64,000 bases of DNA from Candidatus Thorarchaeota archaeon (lineage in GTDB: Archaea; Asgardarchaeota; Thorarchaeia; Thorarchaeales; Thorarchaeaceae), in the NCBI GenBank assembly GCA_011364905.1, contig RDNZ01000006.1:34865-98864 (forward strand), written 5' to 3'. The notes beneath the pieces were generated by a model. That model saw nothing but the letters and a program-made list of their open reading frames with translations. It was not told where the DNA came from and made no database searches. Each line of letters starts with the position of its first letter. The stretch's first letter is position 1. Below are positions 46,483-55,481 of the stretch, piece after piece. Position numbers and translations under genes: made by a program.

Positions 46483-48768
46483 ATGAAAGACCTAGAAGCT
46501 GTTACGAATAGTACGATAAGTCAGGAAGAGGAAGCAAGTCGCTATAGGGCACTCGTTGACTCGATGAATGATGGATTTGGTATTATAAACCGTGAGGGTG
46601 TATTCACCTATGTCAACTCACGATTCACTAAAATGCTTGGTTACTCAGAAGAGGAAATGGTAGGAAAAAAAATACTTGACTTTGTAGATGATAAGAACAA
46701 AAAAATAATACGCGATAACATCAGGCACCGACAAGAGGGTGAGTCAACCCAGTATGAGGTTGAGTGGAAAAAGAGCTCAGGCGATCCGCTGCCAGCAATC
46801 GTATCAGGAGCACCGATGTTTGATGAGGATGGCAATCATCGAGGTTCATTTGCTGTAATCACTGATATTAGCGAGCTTAGAGCATCTCAGATGGCTCTTG
46901 AAGAAAACGCAGAGATGATGCGTCAAATTTTCGATGAATCGCAAATCGGAATAGAACTATTCGACGCAAATGGAATTCTTGTTGCAGCGAATCGAGCAGC
47001 TCTAAAACAGGGCGGAATCAAAGAGCTCAAGGACCTTTTAGGCTTCAGCCTTTTTGATGATCCTAATGTACCAAACGAAATCAAAGCCAAATTAATCAGA
47101 GGCGAACCAGTCAAGTATGAGACAACTTTTGATTTCGAGAAAGTTAAAGCTGAAGGTCTCTATGAAACAACCAGGTCCGGGCAGATTATTCTAGATGCAT
47201 GGATAACACCGTTAGGGATAGAGAATGGCGGAGAAATCAAGGGATACTTGAGTCAACTTCTTGAGATAACAGAAGAGAAACAAACGGAAGCAGCACTAGA
47301 AGATTCCGAGAAACGATATCAGCTTGTAGCTGAAAATGTGACTGATGTAATCTTCACATCCGATCTTGAACTAAATGTCACCTATGTCAGTCCTTCAGCT
47401 GAGCATCTTTTGGGTTATATGGCCAAAGAACTTGAAGGAGTGTCGTTGATTGAGCTTATGGCCCCCGCTTCAGTCTGGACAGCCATTGAGGCTGTAAAAG
47501 AAGCACTTGAACTTGAGAAGGTATCAGATCAAACAAAGACAAGAGGTGATGCGCCACCTCTCGAAATCCAGCTCAAAAGAAAGGATGGATCAATGGTTTG
47601 GACTGAGGTGGCAAGGACTTTCACAAGAGATGAGAAAGGCAAACCCACTGGAGTTTTGGGAGTGGCTAGGAATATCGAGGAAAGAAGAGAAGCCCGAAAA
47701 GCTCTGGTTGAATCAGAAGCCAAATATCGAACCCTCATAGACCATTCACTTCAAGGATTCCTAATTATTCAGACAGCACCATTACAGATTAGGTTCTCAA
47801 ATCCAGCTTTTGCAACTTATTTGGAAAGGTCCGTTGACGAACTTCTTACTCTCACTCCAAAAGAGATTTTGGACCTAATTCATCCAGATGATCGGGACTT
47901 GATCCTAAATCGCCTGCAGGACCTAATGAAAGGAGCACCTCCTAACAGGATACCTACAATAATCCGGGTGTTTCAAAAAGATGGCGATATGCAATGGCTC
48001 GAAGTCTTCGGTAGACGAATAGAGTTCGAAGAAACCCCAGCCATTCAAGTTGTGGCTATGAACATCACAGACCGGTACGACGCAGAAAAACACATTGAAA
48101 CGCAGAAAGAGCGAGCGTTGCATCTAATCGATCTTATGGCGCACGACTTTCGGAATCAACTCCAGATAATCTTGGGCAGCACGATGGTAATGGAATTGAA
48201 ACTGCAGGATCCTGAAGCCCGCCGTCTTTTGGGGCAAATTGTCTCATCTGTTGAAAGATGTCAAAGTATGATATCCAAAGTAAAAGTAACTGAACCACTA
48301 ATGTCCGTGCCATTGCGAATCAGAAAGCTCGACACTGCTATTGATTCAGTCATTGAATCGCAGAAATCCCAACATAGGGATGTCAGTTTTGAGATTTCAC
48401 TGGATGCTGACAATTCACTGGTGGAAGCAGACCAATTCCTTGAGCAGTTGCTGGAGAACATTATAGAGAACGCAATTGAACACAATCATAGTGATGAAAG
48501 GATCGTCTGGATATCGCTCAAGGAATCTGGAGATGGGTATGAGATTTCAATCGGGGACAACGGGCAGGGAATTTCAAGCTCTCTGAAGACTGCAATCTTT
48601 GATGTTTCAAGGCGCTATGGTGGCGTTGGTCTCAATCAATCAAAACAGATCTGCGATAAATATAGCGGAAGAATAGATGTGAGAGACCGCATTGCGGGAC
48701 AACCAACAAAGGGTGCTGAGTTCATAGTGTGGTTACCCAAAGCACGAGAACAAAAGAACTCATCATAA
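46483..48768 (+). CDS. Multi-PAS (4 PAS) sensor histidine kinase
   Basis: PAS repeats; AHDFRNQL; NIIENAIEH; DNGQGI; GGVGL. Confidence 0.92.
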   Translation: MKDLEAVTNSTISQEEEASRYRALVDSMNDGFGIINREGVFTYVNSRFTKMLGYSEEEMVGKKILDFVDDKNKKIIRDNIRHRQEGESTQYEVEWKKSSGDPLPAIVSGAPMFDEDGNHRGSFAVITDISELRASQMALEENAEMMRQIFDESQIGIELFDANGILVAANRAALKQGGIKELKDLLGFSLFDDPNVPNEIKAKLIRGEPVKYETTFDFEKVKAEGLYETTRSGQIILDAWITPLGIENGGEIKGYLSQLLEITEEKQTEAALEDSEKRYQLVAENVTDVIFTSDLELNVTYVSPSAEHLLGYMAKELEGVSLIELMAPASVWTAIEAVKEALELEKVSDQTKTRGDAPPLEIQLKRKDGSMVWTEVARTFTRDEKGKPTGVLGVARNIEERREARKALVESEAKYRTLIDHSLQGFLIIQTAPLQIRFSNPAFATYLERSVDELLTLTPKEILDLIHPDDRDLILNRLQDLMKGAPPNRIPTIIRVFQKDGDMQWLEVFGRRIEFEETPAIQVVAMNITDRYDAEKHIETQKERALHLIDLMAHDFRNQLQIILGSTMVMELKLQDPEARRLLGQIVSSVERCQSMISKVKVTEPLMSVPLRIRKLDTAIDSVIESQKSQHRDVSFEISLDADNSLVEADQFLEQLLENIIENAIEHNHSDERIVWISLKESGDGYEISIGDNGQGISSSLKTAIFDVSRRYGGVGLNQSKQICDKYSGRIDVRDRIAGQPTKGAEFIVWLPKAREQKNSS

Positions 48769-49710
48769 CAGCTTTGAGAAGAATCCTGTCAAATCGATAT
48801 TCCCGCCACTGATGATTACGCCTACACGCCTGTCGTTTAGCTTATCGTTCATCTTAAGAAGTCCAGCCAATGATACGGCCCCGGATGGTTCAACAACCAG
48901 TTTCATGCGTTCCCACAAGAGTCTCATGGCGTCGACAATCTCTTTCTCTGACACTGTGACTATTGAATCGACGTACTCCCTGATGATTCGAAAAGTAATA
49001 TCACCAAGTTGTGTCCTAAGGCCATCAGCAATTGTATTTGGTTTGACACTTGGATAGATTACGCCGTCCCTAAACGATCTAAAGGCATCGTCCGCATTTT
49101 TTGGTTCAACTCCAATAACAGAGGCATCAGGACACAACCCCTTCGTGGCTATAGATGTTCCACTCAAGAGACCCCCACCCCCGACTGGAGCGAACACATA
49201 GTCTAGTTCCTCAGCCTCCTCAATAAGCTCCAAGGCAGCCGTCCCGGCTCCAGCTACTATCCTTTCATCATTGTAGGGATGGATCAAGACATAATTGTGC
49301 TCTTTGATCAACTCGTTAGCTACCTGAACTCGACTTTCAGTTGAGTTCTCACAAAAGACAACCTCAGCCCCATAGCCTCGGGTAGCGTTCACCTTGACCA
49401 TTGGGGAGTTCTTTGGCATCACTATAGTTGCTTTTATTCCCAAGATGGATGCAGCCAAAGCAAGTGCCTGAGCATGATTCCCTGAGGAGTGAGCAATCAC
49501 CCCTCGTTCCCGTTCTTCCTTTGTCAACTGCGACACAGTGTTGAAAGCCCCTCTGAACTTAAACGCACCAACTCGTTGGAAATTCTCGCACTTGAAGAAC
49601 ACCTGACAGTTGACCATTTTGTCTATGGTCGATGAAGTCATGACAGGAGTCCAGAGGGCATAATCTCGGATTCTCGTATGAGCGTCATAAATGTCCTGAA
49701 TATCAACCAT
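48763..49710 (-). CDS. Threonine/serine dehydratase or serine racemase family PLP enzyme
   Basis: KCENFQRVGAFKFRGA, SSGNHAQA, PVGGGGL, EPSGA, SGGN. Confidence 0.92.
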   Translation of the reverse strand: MVDIQDIYDAHTRIRDYALWTPVMTSSTIDKMVNCQVFFKCENFQRVGAFKFRGAFNTVSQLTKEERERGVIAHSSGNHAQALALAASILGIKATIVMPKNSPMVKVNATRGYGAEVVFCENSTESRVQVANELIKEHNYVLIHPYNDERIVAGAGTAALELIEEAEELDYVFAPVGGGGLLSGTSIATKGLCPDASVIGVEPKNADDAFRSFRDGVIYPSVKPNTIADGLRTQLGDITFRIIREYVDSIVTVSEKEIVDAMRLLWERMKLVVEPSGAVSLAGLLKMNDKLNDRRVGVIISGGNIDLTGFFSKLL

Positions 49711-49792
49711 ATTCGAAGATGGCTTCCTGTTGTACAAAAACATTACTCGAAATGTTTAACCACCCCTTTGGCACAACTCTCCTCGAAACCTA

Positions 49793-50284
49793 ATGAGAGG
49801 AATTCGAAGAAAAGAAAAAGCGATAGAGAGCATGGAAGAGATTATTTCCATCCTTAAGAAAGCGCGGTACATCACAATAGCGATGAGCCTTGAAGATGAG
49901 CCATATCTTGCGACATTGAGCCATGGCTATGATGAAGACGATTACTGCATCTACTTCCACTGTGCCCAGGAAGGTAAGAAGATAGATATTCTCAAGAAAA
50001 ACAACATCGTATGGGGACTGGCGCTTAACGATGAGGGCTATGTGGATGGCTCTTGTGATCATCTATATGCGACTGCTCAGTTCAGGGGACGGGTCGAGTT
50101 CATCACCAACGTTGAGCAGAAGAGGCATGCGCTTGAGGTCATGATTCATGCGCTTGAGTCGAATCCACAAAAAGTGATAGAGGAACAAATAACTGAGGAC
50201 TCTCTAAAACGGGTTAACATCGGGAGAATTGATATCGAATACATGAGTGGTAAGAAATCTAAGGACGTAATCATTTCACTATAG
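49793..50284 (+). CDS. Pyridoxamine-5'-phosphate-oxidase family (NimA-like) flavin-binding protein
   Basis: RRKEK, PYL..L.HG, IYFHCAQEGKK, SGK. Confidence 0.88.
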   Translation: MRGIRRKEKAIESMEEIISILKKARYITIAMSLEDEPYLATLSHGYDEDDYCIYFHCAQEGKKIDILKKNNIVWGLALNDEGYVDGSCDHLYATAQFRGRVEFITNVEQKRHALEVMIHALESNPQKVIEEQITEDSLKRVNIGRIDIEYMSGKKSKDVIISL

Positions 50285-50678
50285 ATTCTGGAATTTCCTC
50301 GAGAATTTGTAGAGCATCATGAACTTTTGAGTATGGAACGAATAGATGGTCATGATAGTATGCTGAAACTACATTGACACTTATTTCTGAGTCTGCGAGG
50401 GCATTGGTCACCGTAGCAAGTAGTCCAACTGCTTCAAGATCCGAATGAACTGATAAGGTTAGTAACCCCCATGTATTCTCAAAGGATAGCGAATGCTTCA
50501 AAGCGACTTCCTTAGGGACAACTACTGTTATTCCCTCAGATTCTCTGTACATTAAAAGAGGAGTGTTTCCGAGCGATTGAAGATCTCTTGAATCAATTGA
50601 ACAAAAAACGAACTCACCTGGAACCTCTTGAGGCTTCATTTCTCTGACTAGTACCTTTAGATTACTCTCTCCTGTCAT
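50271..50678 (-). CDS. ACT-domain protein (DUF2241 family)
   Basis: GESNL..L...M.P, ESEGIT, VHSDLEAVGL, SAYYHDHLFVP. Confidence 0.88.
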   Translation of the reverse strand: MTGESNLKVLVREMKPQEVPGEFVFCSIDSRDLQSLGNTPLLMYRESEGITVVVPKEVALKHSLSFENTWGLLTLSVHSDLEAVGLLATVTNALADSEISVNVVSAYYHDHLFVPYSKVHDALQILEEIPESIVK

Positions 50679-50694
50679 CCCAAAACCGACCGAC

Positions 50695-51210
50695 CTACTT
50701 CTTTCCGCCATATCTCTCCCAGGATATGATATCTTCAAGAGGAAATCTTGTGCTGGTTCGCTCTTGGTTTCCATACCCCACAGAAACTGAACATACAACA
50801 CGTAGCTCCTCTGGAACACCTAGTGCTTTTCGAAACTGTGGCTCATAGTCCGTGTCTCTTACGCCCATCCAGCAGGTTGCGAGACCAAGTGCGTGAGCTG
50901 CCAGCAACATGTTCTGCACAGCTTGATGAGGGTCTGCAAGATAGTATCTCGGATGTTTTGCGGGATCTGCAAGTACTACAATCACAACAGGAGACTCCTT
51001 CATGAACCTTCCATACGAATGTATCTCAGCAAGGTGCTTTCTCATCTCTTCATTCTTAATAATGATGAAATGCCACGGTTGCCTGTTTGATGCTGAAGGA
51101 GCCCATCTGCCAGCCTGCAGAATTGTGTCAAGGTCTTCTTCGGAAACAGCGTCTGGTTTGTACTTGCGAATACTTCTTCGATTTCTAATAGCCTGTATAG
51201 TATCTATCAC
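50695..51210 (-). CDS. Nitroreductase family protein
   Basis: RRSIRKY, APSASNRQPWHF, NMLLAAHALGLATCW. Confidence 0.92.
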   Translation of the reverse strand: MIDTIQAIRNRRSIRKYKPDAVSEEDLDTILQAGRWAPSASNRQPWHFIIIKNEEMRKHLAEIHSYGRFMKESPVVIVVLADPAKHPRYYLADPHQAVQNMLLAAHALGLATCWMGVRDTDYEPQFRKALGVPEELRVVCSVSVGYGNQERTSTRFPLEDIISWERYGGKK

Positions 51211-51320
51211 TCACACGCTCCTTATCTTACACATACACACGGGGTAAAATATTGCGCGCTATCATAAACCTAAAAGGAGGAACTCCTTCGCGCTCGATGC
51301 ATCTGATTGGTGAACACGAG

Positions 51321-52760
51321 ATGATTGTGAAAACAAGGCGCAAAGAACTGACCAGTGTCGGTATCGATATCGGATCTTCGACATCACATGTCGTGTTCAG
51401 TCAGATTGTTCTCGAGAAGAATGAGAATTTGCGAACTGAAAAGTTTGAAGTGGTAGAACGCAAAATACTGCATTCTGGCCCAATACATCTGACACCATTC
51501 AAAGATGCTAGGAATATCGACTTTGAAAAATTGACAGACCTTCTACTGCATGATTATGAAGCTGCAGGAATTGAGGTCTCACAGATAGATACTGGAGCCG
51601 TCATAATCACTGGAGAAACTGCAAAGAAAGAAAACGCAGAGTGGATTGTTAGTGCTCTTGCAGGAGAAGCTGGAAAATTCGTAGCTGCAACTGCCGGGCC
51701 AAATTTCGAGGCGGTTTTAGCCGCATATGGTTCTGGTGCAGTCGCAAAGTCCGCCGACACAGATGAGACTATAATGAATGTCGACGTGGGCGGAGGATCA
51801 TCTAATCTCGCAGTTTGCAGGAAGGGCAGAGTAGTTGCCACGACGGCGATAAATGTGGGAGGGAGGCTCGTAGCCATTGATGATGAACAACGGATTGTTC
51901 GATTGGAAGACACTGGCAAGAGAGTTGGAGAAGCTATTGAAGTCCATTTAGAACTTGGCCAAACCATCTCCGAGGAAGAAAAGGAGAAACTTGCGGATGC
52001 CTTGGCCGAATCTCTTCTTGAATGCATCAAACAGGAACGATCATCTAAAGTAACTTCGATGCTAATGATGGCACCACCACTACAGTATGACGGGAATATC
52101 GATCGCATCACATTTTCAGGTGGCGTTGCAGAGTACATCTATCATAATGAGAAGAGGGAGTTCAATGATCTCGGAGTAGTCCTAGCAGAGGCGATAAGGA
52201 AGAAAGTGGCAATGGCGGGCTTGCCAATTATTAAGCCTGAGCATAGAATTCGCGCAACTGTCATTGGCGCTGGTAGTTTCAGCCTTCAGGTAAGTGGCTC
52301 GACCACCTTCCTCTCATCAGGTCTCAAATATCCTCTCCGCAACCTGCCGGTTGTTGAACCTTTTATCAACACCCGGAAGCCTACATCGGATGATGTCAAA
52401 AGCTCTATTGAGAACGCACTATCAAGATTCGACTTGGCTGAGGGCGTAGATCCACTAATCCTTGCCTTCAACAATTCGGTTAGACCTTCTTATGAGAACC
52501 TCCGAGAGTTTGCAGTTGGTGTCGTCGAAGCACTCAAGAATTCTATCAGGAATCAGACCCCTATTTTCATGTGCTTTGATGCAGACATCGGAAACAGTGT
52601 CGGTAATGTCATGAAAAGAGAAACAGGAATTGCCAATGAGCTATTGTCTATCGACGAAATCAAATTGAAGGAAGGAGACTTCGTAGATATTGGAGAGCCA
52701 ATAATTGAGGATGTTGTGGTTCCAGTGGTGATCAAGACTTTAGTCTTCGGTTCAGTATAA
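51321..52760 (+). CDS. eutA: Ethanolamine ammonia-lyase reactivating factor EutA-like (ASKHA ATPase)
   Basis: SVGIDIGSSTS, TGAVIITGE, FVAATAGP, DVGGG, INVGGRL, FSGGVA, IRATVIGAG, VPVVIKTLVF. Confidence 0.88.
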   Translation: MIVKTRRKELTSVGIDIGSSTSHVVFSQIVLEKNENLRTEKFEVVERKILHSGPIHLTPFKDARNIDFEKLTDLLLHDYEAAGIEVSQIDTGAVIITGETAKKENAEWIVSALAGEAGKFVAATAGPNFEAVLAAYGSGAVAKSADTDETIMNVDVGGGSSNLAVCRKGRVVATTAINVGGRLVAIDDEQRIVRLEDTGKRVGEAIEVHLELGQTISEEEKEKLADALAESLLECIKQERSSKVTSMLMMAPPLQYDGNIDRITFSGGVAEYIYHNEKREFNDLGVVLAEAIRKKVAMAGLPIIKPEHRIRATVIGAGSFSLQVSGSTTFLSSGLKYPLRNLPVVEPFINTRKPTSDDVKSSIENALSRFDLAEGVDPLILAFNNSVRPSYENLREFAVGVVEALKNSIRNQTPIFMCFDADIGNSVGNVMKRETGIANELLSIDEIKLKEGDFVDIGEPIIEDVVVPVVIKTLVFGSV

Positions 52761-52761
52761 A

Positions 52762-53898
52762 TCAAGTTTTCTTGTGACGGAGCTTGCGGACTTTCGACAT
52801 CAGGAGATAGGTGAGAGGAACTTTTACCGATTCGTCACCAGATTCTGTTGCATGAGGTTTTTGCCTCTGGTCATACCACATCTTGGACTCGTAATCTGGC
52901 CAGAGCTCGTCTTTCAAAGGCGTGGTTCTGCTGAATTTAATGAGGGCAATGCCGGCAAATAGGAGAATAGGTGTCGGAAAAATGAGGAGAATTGCAGCAG
53001 GGGATATATCCCTGCTTAATGCCAACAATGTGATTATAGCAGATGGGAGTATCTCACCAAGAATTCCTGTAGATGCAACTCTACTTCTGTTGATAATATG
53101 TTGTTGGTACCGAAACAAATCCCGTACGAACACGAACCTTACTGAGGAGAGAAGAGCGGTTATTGGCAGAGAGATAAAATCAGTGCTTATCAATGTAAGA
53201 GAGCCCATGGCAGGTATGACTTGTGCAAGAAGAGAATAGGCAGAGTAGTTCATGATATAGAAAACAGACAAAGAGGATAACCGGAATGTCCACCATGTGG
53301 TATCCAAACCCAATAGGAATGGACAGAACAAGAGACAAAACCAAAAAAGCGTGGAAAGCACTTTCTCGCGTTTGAACCTCTTCTGAAGAAGGGAGTTTAT
53401 TACCTGATATCCCAATTGACGATGGTCCACTGAAACAAAACTCAGCGCAGACTGACGAAGAATCAATGGGAGAACCACAAAAAAGGAAATTCCTAGTATA
53501 GGTGCATAGAGAGTAGCCGCTTGGGCATAAGGCGCGCTGTTAAATGCCAAAAGAAGTATGTTGGGAGGAGGATTAACCAAGCGAGTGAGTTGAATTGCCA
53601 AAGCGATTCCACAACTCGAAGCACATGCAGCAGCTACCTGTTTCCGAACAGTTCTTGAGATTGAGCTGGAATATAGCAATCTTTCAAAAAAGATGCATGG
53701 TAACATCACGATCAAACCAATCAGAAGGGCAGGTATAGACGTAAAGAAGGGAAACTGATTGTTTTGAACGACTAAAAGAAGAGATGTCCAACGAAAGTTC
53801 GGTGGAGCTATAACCATTTGCAATGGAAAAATCAAGACAACTAGCATCTTGACAAGAAAGATTGGTATGCGTCTTCTTTTAGCAACAGTATCAGTCAT
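52762..53898 (-). CDS. Hypothetical multi-TM membrane protein (two similar halves)
   Basis: About 8-9 hydrophobic segments. Confidence 0.7.
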   Translation of the reverse strand: MTDTVAKRRRIPIFLVKMLVVLIFPLQMVIAPPNFRWTSLLLVVQNNQFPFFTSIPALLIGLIVMLPCIFFERLLYSSSISRTVRKQVAAACASSCGIALAIQLTRLVNPPPNILLLAFNSAPYAQAATLYAPILGISFFVVLPLILRQSALSFVSVDHRQLGYQVINSLLQKRFKREKVLSTLFWFCLLFCPFLLGLDTTWWTFRLSSLSVFYIMNYSAYSLLAQVIPAMGSLTLISTDFISLPITALLSSVRFVFVRDLFRYQQHIINRSRVASTGILGEILPSAIITLLALSRDISPAAILLIFPTPILLFAGIALIKFSRTTPLKDELWPDYESKMWYDQRQKPHATESGDESVKVPLTYLLMSKVRKLRHKKT

Positions 53899-54014
53899 AT
53901 TGGTCTTAGGATTGGCACATCCGCCTATTAATAATGCGTCGAGTCTTCCAATATAATTTCGAATTTAGGATATCATTCAAATAGATGAAATTCTAATCCT
54001 TTTGGGAGATTGAT

Positions 54015-54941
54015 ATGCAGACTACAACCACAATGTCACCTCCGCCTAATCCTGTAGCCGACCCCTGGGGATATATCGTCTATTACATCAACCTTTTCTT
54101 CCCATACATCATGGTGGTTGTATCACTCATCATTCTAATGCTTCTTTATTTCGTAATCACTCGTCTGGTTAAGAGGTCGCTCAGATCTATTGGGATGGGA
54201 ATCGAAGCGGCAACAGGGATAGTCTTGGTTCTCAGGCTCGTCTTCTTCATGGCGGGCATAATGATCGTGATTGGTGCTTTTGAGGCAAGCATTGCAACAT
54301 TGCTTTCACTGACGGCGATTTTTGGTACCGCACTAGGTCTCGCGTTCTCTCAGGCACTGGGCAACATTGTCAGCGGGTTATATGTCTTGGCTGCGAGACC
54401 TTTCAGAGTGGGAGACTATGTACGTGTCGGAACTGTCGAGGGAATAGTGAGAGAGATTACTCTTAACTACACAAGAATTCTTCTTGCTGATGAAACGAGG
54501 CAACTACTTCCAAATAGTAAGGTTGTAACGAGCGAGGTCACAAATTTCCGCGTTACAGTGTCTGATTTAATCAAGAACACGGAGGAAGAAGCAGAAACCA
54601 TTCACGAAGAGAAAAAGAGAAGGTCATATCTCCAATCCATTGATGCCGCAATAGGCAAGCTTCGAAACATGGCAAGCGATGCAGACGCATTCAAGTACAC
54701 ATTCGATATGAACATCCACATGAGCTACGACCAAAGAGCAATGCAACGACACTTTGACAAGGTTTGTAAGGATTATGAAAAGGTGTTTCTGGCTCGTCCA
54801 ACCTATCAGATTTGGGCAAAGCCTGTGGCCGCGGTCACTTATCGATTCACTTTCATCGTGGACGAGCCTATGATGATAATCACCAAAACTTCTGAGTTCA
54901 TGGAAGATCTCTTAGAGGTCTATATAGCAAACCAAAAATGA
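54015..54941 (+). CDS. mscS: Small-conductance mechanosensitive channel (MscS family)
   Basis: GLAFSQALGNIVSG, PFRVGDYV, EGIVREI, PNS. Confidence 0.88.
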   Translation: MQTTTTMSPPPNPVADPWGYIVYYINLFFPYIMVVVSLIILMLLYFVITRLVKRSLRSIGMGIEAATGIVLVLRLVFFMAGIMIVIGAFEASIATLLSLTAIFGTALGLAFSQALGNIVSGLYVLAARPFRVGDYVRVGTVEGIVREITLNYTRILLADETRQLLPNSKVVTSEVTNFRVTVSDLIKNTEEEAETIHEEKKRRSYLQSIDAAIGKLRNMASDADAFKYTFDMNIHMSYDQRAMQRHFDKVCKDYEKVFLARPTYQIWAKPVAAVTYRFTFIVDEPMMIITKTSEFMEDLLEVYIANQK

Positions 54942-54942
54942 C

Positions 54943-55380
54943 TCACTTAGTATATCGTGGTTCCAGACCCTCAAACCATGGTGCGACCTTTGTATCATCC
55001 ACTCTATCAGAAGAGGGGAGATATGGTTTGATATCGATAATCGGCGAACCATCTTTCGCATCCATGTGATCGATCTTAAGACGCTTGCTTTCAGTTTCTA
55101 CCGATTCAAGCATGACAATAGTGTGTCCTATAGGATTTGGTCTCAATGGTGTTCTACAAGAAAAGGCGCCTGAGGGTTCTTTCCCTTTTCCTCTTGGTGG
55201 ATTTGAAAGAAGAGTACTACGATCCTCTTTTGTATCACGTTCATGTATCCACCAGAGAACAATCAGATGAGAGAACAGTTCTACATGCACAGTCGCATCC
55301 CAGAATTCGGGATCAATAACAAGATAGATACCATCGTCGTTCTTCTCTACACGACCAATAGGATGGATATAGTAGTCCAA
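54943..55380 (-). CDS. tsaA: tRNA (N6-threonylcarbamoyladenosine(37)-N6)-methyltransferase TrmO/TsaA
   Basis: HPIG, FSHLIVLWW, GAFSCRTPLRPNPIG, DGSPIIDIKPY; TTG start after GAGGTGA. Confidence 0.88.
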   Translation of the reverse strand: MDYYIHPIGRVEKNDDGIYLVIDPEFWDATVHVELFSHLIVLWWIHERDTKEDRSTLLSNPPRGKGKEPSGAFSCRTPLRPNPIGHTIVMLESVETESKRLKIDHMDAKDGSPIIDIKPYLPSSDRVDDTKVAPWFEGLEPRYTK

Positions 55381-55481
55381 TAATGTCACCTCTACAAGAT
55401 AGGTGGGGAATTCATACTGATTAATACGACTATAGATTGCTACTATTCTCCGGCCACGTGGCAAAACCATAGAGTCCAAGT

